From: Rebecca billardiae RCC1528
Taxonomy: Eukaryota; Protista; Haptophyta
Length of the DNA: 64,000 nucleotides
Reading direction: 5' to 3'
NCBI GenBank assembly: GCA_965240325.2
Contig: OZ251242.1
Span: 372,001 to 436,000, forward strand
The notes beneath the pieces are model-generated. The model was not told the DNA's origin and did not search any database. It saw nothing but the letters and a program-made list of their open reading frames with translations. The position numbers and the translations under genes are program-made. Positions within the stretch are counted from its first letter, which is position 1, and each line of letters begins with the position of its first letter. Below are positions 59,899-64,000 of the stretch, piece by piece.

Positions 59899-62377
59899 TC
59901 ATCGGCGCGGCGGTGATATGACGCCTGCCTTCCGCCCGCGCGCGGCCGCGACCGCCGCGTGGCCCGCCCCGGCGGCTGCCGCGGGCGACCGTAGCCCCGC
60001 TGGCTGATGTCCACCCACCAGGCCGCCGCCACCCGCCCCGGCCATCTTGGCCACGCGCTCAAGCTTGTCTTTCTTGTCGGCGACCAGCATCGCGACGGCG
60101 CCATTCAGCTCCTGTGACGGTGTGCGCCGCGCGCGCGCGGGGGGGGGGGGGGCGCGACGGCATCGTTGGTAGTTAGCCAAGGCACGCCCGCAAGCGGCGC
60201 GCGCGCGCGCGCAGAGGCGGCGGCGACGAGTACACGGCAGCGGTACGCACGCACCTTGAGCTGCGCCTGGAGCTCGGTGTTGGTCATCGCGAGCTTCTCG
60301 ATCCGCATCACGTCGCGCGTGCGCGCGTCGCGCGCCTCGGCGCGCGACTCGTCCAGCTCGCGCTTGAGCTCAGAGTTCTCGTGCAGCAGCGCCGCGCTGC
60401 GCATGGCGGCGCGGCCGCCGAGGTGCGTGCGGCGTGGGGCGGCGCGCGTGCGGCGCGGCGCGCGTGCGGCGCGGGCATGGCGGTGCGTGCGGCGCGGGCG
60501 GGTGGCGGGGCGGGGCGGCGGGTGTGCACGCGGTCGGGCGCGGCGGGGTGGGACGTCACGGTGAGGGCTTGGCGCGCGTCGCGCTCGCCTGCGCATGCGC
60601 GCACGGCGCCGCGTCGCCCTGCCGCCCGCTCCGCGCCGCACCGCCCGCACCGCGCGCGCCCTCCCCTTCCCGCCACGCACCGTGACCGCACCAGCAGACG
60701 CCAGAGGCGCGCGCGCTCGGAGGCTTCTTTGGGAGGGGCATCGGTGAGACTCTCGAGTGCCAGCTCCTCCGCGGCGCTCAGCGGCGCCGGGCCGCCCGCT
60801 CGCTGCTTGGAGCCGCGCCGGTCGCCCCCCGTCGGCTGCTGAGAGCCTCTTTCACTGCCAGTGCCGGCGGCGGCGGCGGCGGCGGCGTTGCCCGCGCTCG
60901 CGTCGGCGTCGGCGGCGGCTCGTCGTCCCTTTGCAGTGCGGCCGCTGCGGCCGTCTTTTTGACTGCCTCCGCCGAGGCGCTGCTGCCTCCTCGCGCGCCC
61001 GCGCGAGCCTTCGCCTGCCGCCGTCGAGTCCTCCTCCTCGTCATCATCATCATCATCCTCGTCGTCGTCGTCGCTACCGCTGCCGCTGCCAGCGCCGCCA
61101 CCCGCCGAGCCCTTGTGAGCGCGCGCGCGCCCGGCGGCGCGCGCCCCGCCGTTGCGCTTGACCGAGCTGAACGAGGTTTCGTCGATTTCGTCAGCGTCAG
61201 TGGCCTCGGCCTCGGCCTCGTCGTCCTCGGCGCTGCCCTCCTCGCGCGCGCCGCCCCCTCTGCGCGGCTGCGACGAGCGCCCGCCCTTCGCGCCAGCGCC
61301 CGCCTTGCGCACTGCGCCCGCAGCCGCATCGGCCGCGCCACTTTCGCTTGCGCCGGGGGAGGGCTGACGGCCATTGGCCTGGCCTCGGCGCGGCTTGGCG
61401 CCTGAGCCGGCGCCGCGTCGGCGAGGCTTGTCGTCGTCGTCGTCGTCGTCGTCATCGTCGTCGTCGTCGTCAATCTCGTCCAGATCATCGTCGTTGTAGT
61501 CGTCCTCCTCCTCCTCCTCGTCGCCACCGCCACCGCCGCCACGCGCGCGCTCGGCGGCGCGCGCAGCGCGTCCGCGGCCCGTGTTGCCCGCAGCGCGCGC
61601 GCCGGCGGCATCGGCGCCCATGGCTGCGCCGCGCTTGGCGGGAGCGGCGACTTCGCCCGTGCCACCGAGCAGGGCGCGCACGTCCGCGGGATCGTCCGCA
61701 CCCTCCCCGCCCGCCGAGCCCCCGCCCTCGCCGCCCGCCGCCGCCCTGGCCGCGGCCGCGCGCCTGCGCTCCTGCCTTCCGCGCATGCGGCTTTGAATCG
61801 CAGTGGCAGATGCGCCGAGCTCGGCGCGCCTCGCGGCCTCGGCGTGGAGCCGGGCCTGGCGCGAGCGCACGCGCTTCTGGATCTTGATCACCGCGTCGAG
61901 CAGCATTGCCGCATCGTCGTCGCCGTCCATCGCCGCCGCCCACTGGATCAGCCCCTTCGCGATCATGTCCTGCTTGGCTGCGGCGATCTGCTGCCGAGCG
62001 GCCGCGTCAGCCTTGGACCCCGCCGCCGACCTCTTGGGCTTCTTGCCCGCCTTCTTCGGCGGGGCGGGCGCGGCGGCGGGGGGCGCGGCCGAGCCGAGCT
62101 CGCCGTACATCGCGTCGTCCGCCGCCACCTCGAGCGCCTCGTGCGCGTCGTCCGGCGCGACGCCGCCGCCGGCCGCGCCGCCGGCCGCGCCCGCGCCCTC
62201 CTCCTCGTCCTCCACGGCGGCGGCGGGGAGCTCGGGCGGCGCGGGCGGCCGCGCGGAGTCGGTCGACTGCGCCAGCTCGTCCTCCACCACCTCGGCCGCC
62301 TCGGCCGTCGCCTCGCCCGCCTCGATCGGCTCGGCGGGCAGCTCCTCCTCCTCGGGCACCTCGTCGTCGTCAGCCAT
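59899..62377 (-). CDS. Acidic low-complexity protein with two IQ motifs and a C-terminal coiled coil; join(60681..62377,60255..60396,59899..60111)
   Basis: AVIKIQKRVRSRQAR and SATAIQSRMRGRQER; two GT-AG introns with consistent phases (2 and 0); LLHENSELKRELDESR...LK|ELNGAVAML. Confidence 0.75.
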
Positions 62378-62547
62378 GCCCACGCCCAGGCTGCACAACA
62401 GGGGCTTGAAACCGCCCGGCGACAACTTCTAACGGCTTTGTCCGGTGAACTCCGGCCATTCGGCCACCTACCGGCTACCGGGTGCGGTCCGGTGACTTGA
62501 GTAGTTGAGTGTGGCGTGGCCGCGTAAAGTACTGAGAGCGGAGCGCG

Positions 62548-63696
62548 ATGGAGTCCGCGCTCTCGGGCGCGGCGTCGACGGCAATAACGGCGGCGGTGTC
62601 GAAGCGGTGCGCGGCGGAGCTCGGGTACGTGGACGACCCGTTCGCGCGCTGGTTCGACACCTCCGCCACGCGCTGCGCGCCCATCATCAACCGCGGCACC
62701 TTCGTCCGCATCGCCGCCATCGACAGCATCTGCGACCAGTTTGCGCCGCGCCCGCCGCCGCCGCCGCCGCCGGACGCCGGCGCGAGCGGCGCGCCGGCGG
62801 CGGACGCGGCGCCGAGCGGCGGCGCCGAGGAGGTGCGTCAGATCCTCTCGCTCGGCGCCGGCCTCGACACGCGCGCCTGGCGCCTCCGCCGCGCGCGCGC
62901 GCCCATCGCGCGCTATATCGAGGTCGACCTTCCGTCCGTCGTGGCGCATCGGCGCGCGCTGTGCGAGCGCGCGCGGCGCGCGGCGGCGCGCGGCGAGGCG
63001 GGCGGCGTGGAGGGTGGCGAGGCGTCGGAGCCGGATCCCGCGCACGACCCCGCCGTGCCCTCGCCCGCCGACGCGCTCGTCGCCGCCGACCTCTCCGACC
63101 TCGGCGCGCTCCGCGCCGCGCTCGACGGCCTCCGCGCCTCGTCGGGTTCGTCAATCGGCTTCGACCCGGCGGCGCCCACGCTCGTGCTGATCGAGTGCGT
63201 GCTCGTGTACATGGCGCCCGAGTCCGGCAGTGCCCTGCTCGCCTTCCTCGCCTCGTACCTCCCGGACTCGGCGCTGGTCGCGTATGAGATGGTCCGGCCG
63301 GATGACGCGTTCGGGGCACAGATGGTGACGAACCTCCGGGCGCGCGGCGTGGGCATCCCGGGCGTGGTCGGCAGCGCGGACGAGGCGGCGCTGTGCGCGC
63401 GGCTCGGCGCGTGCGGCTGGGTCGGCGCCGAGGCGCTCGGCATGCGCGCGTGGTACGAGACCTGCCTGCCGCGCGCCGAGCGCGCGCGCGTCGAGGGGTT
63501 ACAGTGGCTTGACGAAATCGAGGAGTGGGCGCTGCTGCTGGCGCACTACGCGTTCGTGCTCGCGCGGAGCGAGCGCGCGCGCGGCTGGGCGGAGGCGCTC
63601 CGCTGGGCGAAGGCGCCGGAGGGCTCGGCGCAGGGCGCGGGCCCGCCGCGGGGGCTGCCGCCGCTGGGCGCGGCGGGCTCGCCCCCGCTGGCGTAG
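62548..63696 (+). CDS. LCMT1: Leucine carboxyl methyltransferase 1 (PP2A methyltransferase)
   Basis: SKRCAAELGYVDDPF, PIINRGTFVR, QILSLGAGLDTR, YIEVDLP, PTLVLIECVLVYM, YEMVRPDDAFG..M..NL, LDEIEEW.LL..HY. Confidence 0.93.
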   Translation: MESALSGAASTAITAAVSKRCAAELGYVDDPFARWFDTSATRCAPIINRGTFVRIAAIDSICDQFAPRPPPPPPPDAGASGAPAADAAPSGGAEEVRQILSLGAGLDTRAWRLRRARAPIARYIEVDLPSVVAHRRALCERARRAAARGEAGGVEGGEASEPDPAHDPAVPSPADALVAADLSDLGALRAALDGLRASSGSSIGFDPAAPTLVLIECVLVYMAPESGSALLAFLASYLPDSALVAYEMVRPDDAFGAQMVTNLRARGVGIPGVVGSADEAALCARLGACGWVGAEALGMRAWYETCLPRAERARVEGLQWLDEIEEWALLLAHYAFVLARSERARGWAEALRWAKAPEGSAQGAGPPRGLPPLGAAGSPPLA

Positions 63697-63901
63697 TTAG
63701 AGTCTCCTGACTCGGACACGCGGCGCCGATACAGACCCGGCCCGGCTGCATTGGCTGCAGCACTGGCTGCTGCAGCTGCAGGAGTCGGCTGGCAGCTGGT
63801 GCTGCTGCTGCCCGAGTGCTGGCTGATCACGCGGATCACGGTACGCTGCCCCGGCGCCACCGCGAGTCACCGACGTCACTCTCAGTCTCAGCGGTCCCGG
63901 G

Positions 63902-63934
63902 TGAGTCTGAGTCTGAGTCTGAGTCTGAGTCTGA
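63902..63934 (+). repeat. (TGAGTC)n hexamer microsatellite
   Basis: tgagtc repeated 5 times. Confidence 0.9.
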
Positions 63935-64000
63935 CCCCGGCGGCGGCAGACGGCCCGCGGACGTAGCCCCGCCGGACCGGACTGTCCGGAGCCGGAGGCC

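Overview
Very GC-rich eukaryotic DNA with short GT-AG introns full of GCGC runs. The selenoprotein, hybrid-cluster protein, probable flagellar gene and intron style suggest a microalga, possibly a haptophyte (inference only). Host genes sit at both ends. Left: B3-domain TF (5'-truncated), Hcp with a presequence, homeobox TF, JmjC oxygenase, RPAP1. Right: stand-alone PHD/ePHD (PZP) protein, CFAP96-like protein, glutathione peroxidase, IQ-PH protein, EF-hand-like and IQ low-complexity proteins, a coiled-coil protein, a type III PKS relic, an FHY1-like HAD phosphatase, an IQ/coiled-coil protein and LCMT1. Between about 16.9 and 34.3 kb, and again at 37-42 kb, lies a dense set of non-autonomous DNA transposons read from their ends: an IS630/Tc1 element with a PAX-like HTH and a RAG1/Transib-like fragment, a long-TIR foldback with a 5-bp TSD, a P-like element with a 7-bp TSD nested in a probable old piggyBac, and several MITEs. 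A second homeobox gene lies in this region. The two most notable signals are missed by the ORF track. (1) The GPx gene is a selenoprotein with an in-frame UGA at the catalytic site and a GUGA-type SECIS in its 3' UTR. (2) A ~45-bp element (TACAGTTTACTAAGAATAAGAGACGCACACAGCTCAGGCAGGCGA) occurs six times, mostly as unpaired copies, one ending 18 nt before the GPx start codon. Most long GC-rich ORFs in the track are shadow frames. All family assignments come from recalled motifs; no searches were run.
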